This document shows, one piece after another, positions 50,690-56,558 of a stretch of DNA of 64,000 nt. The position numbers were made by a program, and so were the translations under genes. This stretch comes from Armatimonadota bacterium (lineage in GTDB: Bacteria; Armatimonadota; SYMT01): positions 1 to 64,000 of the forward strand of contig JAWLHY010000004.1 of the NCBI GenBank assembly GCA_041690135.1. The letters run 5' to 3'. The notes beneath the pieces are model-generated. The model ran no database searches. It was not told where the DNA came from and was given only the letters and a program-made list of their open reading frames with translations. How positions within the stretch are numbered: position 1 is the stretch's first letter; each line of letters starts with the position of its first letter.

Positions 50690-52318
50690 TCAGGAGGACC
50701 GCCGTACCGGCAGCGGGTACTCCATGATCTCCATCAGCATCTCGGTCCGCGAGGACTGCGAGAGCATCGGGATCAGGTTCGGCAGCGCGTAGTAATCGCC
50801 GCTGAACTGGAAAGCATCGGCCGCGAGACCGGCTGCCTTCATCTGCGTTTCAAGCATCTGCGAGGCCCCCCGCGTCTTCACGAAGCAGACATTCGGGTCC
50901 GCGTTGAGCTCCTCGCGATACTTCTGCAGCGACTGCGTGAAGCATGGCGGCGTGTTCTCCCCCTCGTCGGTGACCAGGATGATCTGCTCCACATACTGCC
51001 GCTTCTGCCGCAGGCGCTCGATACCCACGCCACAGGACGTCCCACCGCCGGCTTTCACCCCCGCCAGCGCCTTCTCCCAGGAGACCAGGTCCTGGCCCGC
51101 CGGTTCGATCTTGATGGCGATAGTGTCGAAGGCATAGACGTAGAGTTCGCTCTCACAGACGGTGCTGAGCATCGCCCCGATGCGCTTCCCCACCTCGATC
51201 GCCTCCTGCATCGACCCGGACTTGTCGATCAGCAGCGCGGTCGGCCGGGTGATCCGTCCCCGCAGCTTCACCTGGGCGTCGGTAACCTGGTCCAGCTTCT
51301 TCTCCAGGTCCGGATCGACGCCGGCCGCCTTCGCGGCTTCCTTCGCCTTGTAGGCAGAGACGCGCCGGTCGGTCTGCGCCCGCTCCAGCTTCTTCTCGAT
51401 GAGCGCCTTCAGGTCCGGGTTGTCCAGCGCCCCGCGCCGCTTCAGCGAACCGAGGTTGTTGATCAACTCCTGCGGCGTCATCGCTTCCACCAGCGCGACC
51501 AGCACCGTCGGCGTCATCTGGCGCACCGCCGACGACGCGATCCGGTACGGGATTCGGTGCTCCAGGATCGCCGCGGCCTGCTCCGCCGGCGTCGCCGCCC
51601 GCGCCAGGGCCTTCACCTGGAACAGCTTGCTGTCCGGAGGCGGGCTCTCCTCGAAGAGGATCGCCTGGGCTCGGTCGGACGGCGCGATGTGTGCCAGGGC
51701 ATAGAGTCGCTTCATCTGGCGGCGAGCCAGGGTCGCGCACTCATCGAACCAGGCCGGGTTCGCTTCCCGCTCTCGCAGGTAACGGCGCAGCTCCGTCTTC
51801 AGCGAGCGCGGCAGGTTCCGGAAGAGGCCCTGCTTGTCGAGCTTTTCCTGGACCACCGTCTCCACGGCCGCTCCCGGGGTTTCCGCCCCTACCCTCTGGA
51901 CAGCCTGTCCCTTGCGGCCCTTCTTCCCGCTGCGCTTCCGGCCCACCAGCGCGCGCAGCTCTTCGCGACGCTGCGTGGCATCCGGACGGACGCGCACCTT
52001 CCGGCGCTGGACCTTGCCGTGGATGAAATCCACCACCCGGCCGACCTGGTACGGCGGCATCCCCCGGAGCAGGGCCAGGCCGACATCCCGATGCCCTTCG
52101 AAGTCGCTCAAGACCAGGGTCGCCGCGAACATCTCCTTGTGGTCGCGCACCGCGCCGGTATCGGCATACCAAGCGGCCAGGTGCACGTAGAACCGCGGGT
52201 CCTGCTCGATCATGTCGGCATGCACGCAGTAGACCGACTCCAGGTCGCGGTGCGGGCACGCGAGCAGCGTGTTCAGGATCTGCAAACGGTTGTCCTGCTC
52301 GTTCATGGTCTGTTCCAT
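50690..52318 (-). CDS. Divergent TROVE/Ro60-like protein with C-terminal vWA domain
   Basis: Helical N-terminal region (TPQELINNLGSLKRRG, TROVE-like), MIDAS LLIDKSGSM, GGGTSC, ILVTDEGEN; AGGAGG RBS; flanked by Y-like RNAs. The vWA call is firm; the TROVE call rests on motif resemblance and context. Confidence 0.78.
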   Translation of the reverse strand: MEQTMNEQDNRLQILNTLLACPHRDLESVYCVHADMIEQDPRFYVHLAAWYADTGAVRDHKEMFAATLVLSDFEGHRDVGLALLRGMPPYQVGRVVDFIHGKVQRRKVRVRPDATQRREELRALVGRKRSGKKGRKGQAVQRVGAETPGAAVETVVQEKLDKQGLFRNLPRSLKTELRRYLREREANPAWFDECATLARRQMKRLYALAHIAPSDRAQAILFEESPPPDSKLFQVKALARAATPAEQAAAILEHRIPYRIASSAVRQMTPTVLVALVEAMTPQELINNLGSLKRRGALDNPDLKALIEKKLERAQTDRRVSAYKAKEAAKAAGVDPDLEKKLDQVTDAQVKLRGRITRPTALLIDKSGSMQEAIEVGKRIGAMLSTVCESELYVYAFDTIAIKIEPAGQDLVSWEKALAGVKAGGGTSCGVGIERLRQKRQYVEQIILVTDEGENTPPCFTQSLQKYREELNADPNVCFVKTRGASQMLETQMKAAGLAADAFQFSGDYYALPNLIPMLSQSSRTEMLMEIMEYPLPVRRSS

Positions 52319-52341
52319 CGGGGACCTCCTCGTCCACATCA

Positions 52342-52490
52342 GGCCCGTACAAGTCGCTGGAGCGATTTAGACGTACAGGTGCTCTTCCACTGAGCTACGC
52401 CGGCAAGCAACGCCGGCGGCAGGACTCGAACCTGCGACCCCCCGGTCCGCAACCGAGACGTTTGTAAGCTCCCACCATAGGGTACGGGCC
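52342..52490 (-). ncRNA. Y-RNA-like ncRNA B: tRNA(GCG) cloverleaf permuted between D and anticodon arms
   Basis: Stem GGCCCGUAC/GUACGGGCC, GGAGC/GCUCC; order anticodon arm CUCGG-UUGCGGA-CCGGG, V GGGUC, T arm GCAGG-UUCGAGU-CCUGC, closed acceptor CGCCGGC..GCCGGCG, D arm GCUC-AGUGGAA-GAGC. Confidence 0.8.
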
Positions 52491-52492
52491 AA

Positions 52493-52564
52493 TCGGGGTG
52501 GGAGGAATCGAACCTCCGACATCGTGTACCCAAGACACGTGTTCTACCACTGAACTACACCCCG
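52493..52564 (-). tRNA. tRNA-Pro(UGG), no encoded CCA
   Basis: CGGGGUG/CACCCCG-A, anticodon arm CGUGU-CUUGGGU-ACACG, T loop UUCGAUU. Confidence 0.9.
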
Positions 52565-52583
52565 TCCGCTCTCCTCACATTGA

Positions 52584-52794
52584 GGCTCGTGCAAGTCGCC
52601 GCAGCACTGCGTTTTTCGTTCCATGGACAGTCCGCCGGTGAGCTCTTACGCACTCTTTAAAGGGTGGCTGCTCTTGAGCCGACCTCCCGGGTTCTCTCCA
52701 TCCACTTCCCTTAGCGCCCGCCGGACTGCCTCTCGCCCAGCGGCCCATTTCCTCTCGTACTCGGTTTGTATGCTGCGCCCGTAGGGCACGAGCC
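52584..52794 (-). ncRNA. Y-RNA-like ncRNA C carrying a 23S rRNA L11-binding-domain (H43/H44) mimic
   Basis: Stem GGCUCGUGC/GCACGAGCC, GCAGCA/UGCUGC, UACAAA and GCGACUU motifs; payload 52635-52690 CCGGGAGGUCGGCUCAAGAGCAGCCACCCUUUAAAGAGUGCGUAAGAGCUCACCGG. Confidence 0.78.
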
Positions 52795-52816
52795 GCGGCG
52801 ACCCTGGCCGCCGGAA

Positions 52817-52890
52817 TGCCGATGATAGGATTCGAACCTACAACCAACAGGCTCTCGACCTGCCTCCTCTACCGATTGGGATACACCGGC
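52817..52890 (-). tRNA. tRNA-Leu(GAG)-like, short variable loop, C33
   Basis: GCCGGUG/CAUCGGC-A, anticodon arm GCAGG-UCGAGAG-CCUGU. Confidence 0.75.
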
Positions 52891-52928
52891 ATCGCCCCAA
52901 TTCGGCCCCGCAACTGCGCGGCGACCGA

Positions 52929-53002
52929 TGCCCGCGGAGGGATTCGAACCCCCAACCTCCTGGTTCTAAGCCAGGCGCCTCTGCCAGTTGGGCTACGCGG
53001 GC
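52929..53002 (-). tRNA. tRNA-Leu(UAG), short variable loop
   Basis: GCCCGCG/CGCGGGC-A, anticodon arm CCUGG-CUUAGAA-CCAGG. Confidence 0.85.
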
Positions 53003-53014
53003 CTGAAAAATCCA

Positions 53015-53088
53015 GGCGAGTGGTGGGCCTCGAACCCACAACCTTCGGCATATGAGGCCGCTGCGCTCGCCAATTGCGCCACACTCAC
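53015..53088 (-). tRNA. tRNA with CAU anticodon (Met or Ile2), atypical
   Basis: GUGAGUG/CACUCGC-C, anticodon arm GCGGC-CUCAUAU-GCCGA, T loop UUCGAGG. Confidence 0.72.
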
Positions 53089-53109
53089 TCAAAAAGAAAC
53101 GGGGCCAAG

Positions 53110-53180
53110 GGTGTCGGGAGGGAATCGAACCCTCATCGGCAGGGCCACAACCTGCTCGCTTCCCATTAGCGTACCGACAC
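53110..53180 (-). tRNA. tRNA-His(GUG), C73 but no encoded G-1
   Basis: GUGUCGG/CCGACAC-C, anticodon arm GCAGG-UUGUGGC-CCUGC. Confidence 0.85.
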
Positions 53181-53181
53181 A

Positions 53182-53254
53182 CGGGGCTGGCGGGACTCGA
53201 ACCCGCGGTCTTCACCTCGACAGGGTGCTATGTTGACCACTACACCACAACCCC
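53182..53254 (-). tRNA. tRNA-Asp(GUC)
   Basis: GGGGUUG/CAGCCCC-G, anticodon loop CUGUCGA. Confidence 0.85.
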
Positions 53255-53296
53255 AAGTGCTGCCCCCGGCATGGGGCAGCGAAGAAACTTGCATTC

Positions 53297-53312
53297 CAGA
53301 TTGTCAAAGAAC
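53297..53312 (-). promoter_or_regulatory. boxA-like antitermination site
   Basis: GTTCTTTGACAATCTG on the minus strand, resembling rrn-operon boxA, preceded by a hairpin. Confidence 0.55.
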
Positions 53313-53350
53313 GGTGCCGTAAACGCTCGCGCGTTCGCGGATCCCGGTTA

Positions 53351-53422
53351 CTCCGGCGGCAGGATTCGAACCTGCAGCCCGCGCCTTAACAGGGCGCCGC
53401 TCTACCGTTGAGCTACACCGGA
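53351..53422 (-). tRNA. tRNA-Asn(GUU)
   Basis: UCCGGUG/CGCCGGA-G, anticodon arm GCGCC-CUGUUAA-GGCGC. Confidence 0.9.
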
Positions 53423-53435
53423 CCAGTTTTCAAGT

Positions 53436-53509
53436 TGCCTCCGGTGGGATTCGAACCCGCACTGAACCGCTCTTAAGGCGGTTGGCTCTGCCAATTGGCC
53501 TACGGAGGC
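53436..53509 (-). tRNA. tRNA-Leu(UAA), short variable loop
   Basis: GCCUCCG/CGGAGGC-A, anticodon arm ACCGC-CUUAAGA-GCGGU. Confidence 0.83.
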
Positions 53510-53525
53510 GCTATTCAATTTCCAA

Positions 53526-53599
53526 CAGGGAAGAGAGGATTCGAACCTCCGACCTCCGGGTCCGCAACCCGGTGCTCTATCCAGCTAAGCTACTCCCCC
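53526..53599 (-). tRNA. tRNA-Arg(GCG)
   Basis: GGGGGAG/CUUCCCU-G, anticodon arm CCGGG-UUGCGGA-CCCGG, D loop AGCUGGAUA. Confidence 0.85.
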
Positions 53600-53606
53600 A
53601 AATTTA

Positions 53607-53738
53607 GCGGCGCGCAAGTTCAAGAAGCTGAAGTTCCGGATTTGAACCGGCACCTCCTGAGTAAGGATCAGGTGCTCTACCTTTGAGCTATTCGCTTGTG
53701 AAGCGAAGTTTGTAAGCTTCTCCGTTTGGGCGCGCCGC
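53607..53738 (-). ncRNA. Y-RNA-like ncRNA D: tRNA cloverleaf permuted between T arm and acceptor stem
   Basis: Stem GCGGCGCGC/GCGCGCCGC, AGAAGCU/AGCUUCU; order closed acceptor UUCGCUU-CAC-AAGCGAA, D arm GCUC-AAAGGUA-GAGC, anticodon arm CCUGA-UCCUUAC-UCAGG, V, T arm CCGG-UUCAAAU-CCGG. Confidence 0.8.
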
Positions 53739-53747
53739 CAGCCAAAT

Positions 53748-53981
53748 CTATCCGAACACGGCCTCGGGCCTTACGGTCCAATTTCCGCTTTCGTGATGCT
53801 CGACCACGTACTCTTCCAGTTCGCGGCTGGGCAGATCCAGATAACGAGCCAGCGCTACACGGACGTGGTAATCGCTCATCGGCTCGCCCACCCGCAACTC
53901 ACGCAGCGGAATATCGAAACTACGCCCCCGATAGCGAACGTGCAGCACTGCTTCCTGACGATTTCGCACTTGCTGAGCCAT
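53748..53981 (-). CDS. Small protein ending ...RPEAVFG; candidate ubiquitin-like modifier / sulfur carrier
   Basis: 77 aa, AGGAG RBS, beta-beta-alpha-beta-beta pattern, terminal Gly, first gene of an operon containing ThiF/E1. Confidence 0.7.
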   Translation of the reverse strand: MAQQVRNRQEAVLHVRYRGRSFDIPLRELRVGEPMSDYHVRVALARYLDLPSRELEEYVVEHHESGNWTVRPEAVFG

Positions 53982-54001
53982 TTCTTTCTCCTATCCAGTC
54001 C

Positions 54002-54044
54002 AAAAATACCGAAGCCCCGAGGTCCGGATGGACCTCGGGGCTTC
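54002..54044 (-). terminator. Attenuator terminator 1
   Basis: 15-bp stem GAAGCCCCGAGGTCC/GGACCTCGGGGCTTC followed by GGTATTTTT on the minus strand. Confidence 0.75.
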
Positions 54045-54071
54045 TACGCAAAGCCACTGCAGCCAAAATAG

Positions 54072-54230
54072 CTACACCGGAGGTCCTATCTGAATATTGC
54101 GATCACTTCGCCGCGGGAGATGTCCGGGGTTGACGGCATTACCCAGCAGCACAGCCAGATTCAGCAAGGAGCTAATCATCCCTGTCTGAACGTTCTTCTT
54201 ATTGATCTGCGTGTAATCCATCCAGCCCAT
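54072..54230 (-). CDS. Putative leader peptide 1 (52 aa, MGWMDY...RNIQIGPPV)
   Basis: GGAAGAG upstream; the GGA-CCT-CCG codons form the antiterminator strand complementary to the terminator 5' arm. Confidence 0.6.
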   Translation of the reverse strand: MGWMDYTQINKKNVQTGMISSLLNLAVLLGNAVNPGHLPRRSDRNIQIGPPV

Positions 54231-54270
54231 CTTCGCTCTTCCGATCTCATCAACCCCGTCTCTGCATCGC

Positions 54271-54298
54271 ATTATAGATGCATTCTCCGAAGAGTCAA
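54271..54298 (-). promoter_or_regulatory. Sigma70-type promoter (proximal)
   Basis: TTGACT-16 nt-TATAAT. Confidence 0.7.
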
Positions 54299-54569
54299 TA
54301 CCTAATTTCAAGTATCTTCTAACTCGATTTCATCAATTGATTCGGATAGCTATTTGCTTTTATTCCGCAGATCCTTCAAGGGTTCTGCGACGCGTGAATG
54401 CGATTCCCCATCCCCCATAAGAGATGCGGTTCTATTCCACGAGCGAATGCAAAACGCCGGACCGCAGAGACACGGACGCTTTACGTTTACGCCAATCCAG
54501 TTCTTCTGATTTTCCGGATGGCCGGGTTTCGGGTCACTGTCCATCGATCATCTTCGGGCTCCGATCACG

Positions 54570-54604
54570 AAAAAGCCCCGAGGCCGGTGGGACCTCGGGG
54601 CTTT
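54570..54604 (-). terminator. Attenuator terminator 2
   Basis: AAAGCCCCGAGG..CCTCGGGGCTTT stem plus U-tract; nearly identical to terminator 1. Confidence 0.75.
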
Positions 54605-54630
54605 GCAGAACGGGCAAATACTACAACTGT

Positions 54631-54789
54631 CTAGCCGGGAGGTCCGCTGATACGCGTGTGGCGCAGGTGCTCGAAGCCGAGATTCCATCCGCTAAGCGCG
54701 ACACGCGGCGCCATGGAGTCAGTGCGTCGATCACAGGCCGGATCTGTGGTTAATCTGCGCTGGATCGAAATCACGACTCTTACTCGCAT
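54631..54789 (-). CDS. Putative leader peptide 2 (52 aa, MRVRVV...HTRISGPPG)
   Basis: Hand-translated (below the ORF-track cutoff); ends GGA-CCT-CCC-GGC-TAG, complementary to the terminator 5' arm; RBS weak. Confidence 0.55.
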   Translation of the reverse strand: MRVRVVISIQRRLTTDPACDRRTDSMAPRVALSGWNLGFEHLRHTRISGPPG

Positions 54790-54831
54790 GGAAAACGGTG
54801 GCCCCGCGAGGGGGTACTCCCTTGGTAACCG

Positions 54832-54860
54832 ATTATTGTCAGCACTTCCGGAGAAGTCAA
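54832..54860 (-). promoter_or_regulatory. Sigma70-type promoter (distal)
   Basis: TTGACT-17 nt-AATAAT; spacer resembles that of the proximal promoter. Confidence 0.62.
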
Positions 54861-55068
54861 GGACTTTTTTGGCCCCGGTGCGACGGCGACTCTCTTCGAG
54901 CCGGACGCGGCTGTACTGCAGAGGGTCTACCTACCTCCGGCCCGGTTCAAACATGTTCTCGCCGGGCGCGCCGACGGACACTCGCCTCACCACTCCCGAT
55001 CTTATCGTCTCCATACCGCCGATCCGCTTCAGTTCGCCGCCTCGCCGGCAAAGTCATCCGGACAAACG

Positions 55069-55087
55069 CAAACACTTGTTCTATAAT
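55069..55087 (+). promoter_or_regulatory. -10 element with abutting LexA(Cheo)-like box
   Basis: CAAAC-ACTT-GTTC immediately followed by TATAAT, upstream of the helicase. Confidence 0.45.
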
Positions 55088-55131
55088 TCATCCGTGGCAA
55101 CTGACCTGGATACAAGGGACTTTGGGAGAGG

Positions 55132-56490
55132 ATGAAGATGGGCAGAGCATCAGCGATTGCGGACATGCAGGAACCGGTGGAAGCGAGCGATGCACTGGAA
55201 CTGCTGTGGGACGAAGAAACGGATCCCGGTCTTCCCGAAATGGATGACTTGCCGGCAGAGGGAGCCGATCCGCGGAGCCCCACCGCATCGGAATTGCCGG
55301 TCCGGATTGCAGCCCTGGTCCGCCGCTGCGCGCCGTTGGAGCCAAAACCGCTGCTAAAGCCGACGCCGCGCTCCTATCAGGACGAGGCTCTGGCGGCCTG
55401 GCTGGAAGAAGGGGGCCGTGGCGTGGTGGTCCTCCCCACCGGAGCGGGCAAGTCGATCCTGGCAATGATGGCGGTAGTACGCCTGGGGGTGCGTCCGCTG
55501 GTCGTCGTCCCCACGCTGGAACTCCTCAAGCAGTGGGCCGAAGGTCTTTCCACTCATCTGGGGCTGCCCGCGGAGAGTGTCGGCGTCGTGGGCGGCGGTG
55601 CGCGCCGCATCGGCCCGGCCACGGTCATCACCTACGACTCCGCCTGGCGCCGGCCACGCGACCTGCGGTCGTTCGGGTTACTGGTCTTCGACGAAGTCCA
55701 TCACCTCCCCGCGGCTTCTTACCGCCGCATCGCGGATGCTTCGGAAGCACCGTTTCGCCTCGGCCTTACAGCCACCCCCGAGCGGGGTGACTTCCGCCAC
55801 AGCGACCTGGATGAACTGGTGGGACCGGTAGTCTTCCGTCGCTCGCCCGCGGAACTCTCACGGAGCCGGCACATCGCGCGCTTCCGCCAGGAGCGGCTCT
55901 TCATCGAGCTCACGGAAGAGGAAGAGTTCGAGTACCACCAGCTTATGGCGCAATTCAAGTGGTACATGGCGCAGAAACGGCTGTGGGGCCAGGGCTTTCA
56001 GCGACTCGTCTTCCGTGCTGCCTCCGATCCCGGGGCGCGGGAGGCGCTGCGGTGCCACCAGCGAGCCCGGCAGGTCGCCCTCAATGCTTCCCGGAAAGCG
56101 ACCGAGGTGCTGAATCTCCTCCAGCGTCACACCGACGACCGGGTGCTCATCTTCTGCGAGTTCACCTCCGTGGTGGATAGCTTGAGTCGCCAGCTACTGC
56201 TTCCCTCCGTCACCTACCGCACCCCGCCCGCGGAGCGACGCCTGACCCTGCAGCGCTTCCGCAGCGGCGTTTACACGAAGCTGGTGACCGGACGGGTGTT
56301 GAACGAAGGGGTCGACGTGCCGGACGCCAATGTCGCCATTGTGGTCAGCGGCAGCTCCACGCCCCGCGAGCAGATCCAGCGTCTCGGGCGAGTACTGCGC
56401 CCCAAAGAGGAGGAAGCAGTCCTCTACGAGTTGGTCGCGCGGGGAACCGTGGAAGAGCGCGCTGCCCGCGCCCGCAAGGTCCGGGACTGA
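55132..56490 (+). CDS. SF2 DEAH helicase, XPB/Rad25-like
   Basis: RSYQDEAL, LPTGAGKS, DEVHH, GLTATPER, NEGVDVPDA, QRLGRVLRP. Confidence 0.9.
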   Translation: MKMGRASAIADMQEPVEASDALELLWDEETDPGLPEMDDLPAEGADPRSPTASELPVRIAALVRRCAPLEPKPLLKPTPRSYQDEALAAWLEEGGRGVVVLPTGAGKSILAMMAVVRLGVRPLVVVPTLELLKQWAEGLSTHLGLPAESVGVVGGGARRIGPATVITYDSAWRRPRDLRSFGLLVFDEVHHLPAASYRRIADASEAPFRLGLTATPERGDFRHSDLDELVGPVVFRRSPAELSRSRHIARFRQERLFIELTEEEEFEYHQLMAQFKWYMAQKRLWGQGFQRLVFRAASDPGAREALRCHQRARQVALNASRKATEVLNLLQRHTDDRVLIFCEFTSVVDSLSRQLLLPSVTYRTPPAERRLTLQRFRSGVYTKLVTGRVLNEGVDVPDANVAIVVSGSSTPREQIQRLGRVLRPKEEEAVLYELVARGTVEERAARARKVRD

Positions 56491-56558
56491 GCTGGGGAAG
56501 GGAGCTGGTGAGGGGTGAGTGGTGAGTGGTGAGTGGAATTTGGAGAGGCGAAGCGGAG

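Noticed and set aside
50618-52393. 591-aa plus-strand ORF and similar long antisense ORFs across the window
   Set aside because: Shadow frames of high-GC genes on the opposite strand, with no motifs.
52342-52490. Two-piece permuted tmRNA
   Set aside because: No tag ORF, no Ala G3-U70 acceptor with CCA, too short, and it has full D and anticodon arms.
52635-52690. 23S rRNA gene, or rRNA pseudogene/assembly chimera
   Set aside because: Only the 56-nt H43/H44 domain matches well. It is nested precisely within the scaffold shared with three other RNAs and shows compensatory changes, so it is reported as a mimic.
52339-53686. Short ORFs in the ORF track across the tRNA array
   Set aside because: They overlap clear tRNA/ncRNA structures.
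53607-53738. Degenerate tRNA-Lys(CUU) pseudogene
   Set aside because: The acceptor is a hairpin placed 5' of the D arm and the element is enclosed by the conserved scaffold; a permuted mimic explains it better.
54350-54544. 64-aa ORF between the two attenuator modules
   Set aside because: No recognisable motif, atypical composition and poorly spaced RBS; possibly a remnant, not called.
46729-54860. Prophage or mobile island origin for the tRNA array
   Set aside because: No integrase, transposase, phage structural genes or flanking direct repeats, and the protein genes have host-like GC and codon use.
54945-54958. GTTC-N6-GTTC as an alphaproteobacterial-type LexA box
   Set aside because: Spacing is 6 rather than 7 and it is not positioned on an identified promoter.
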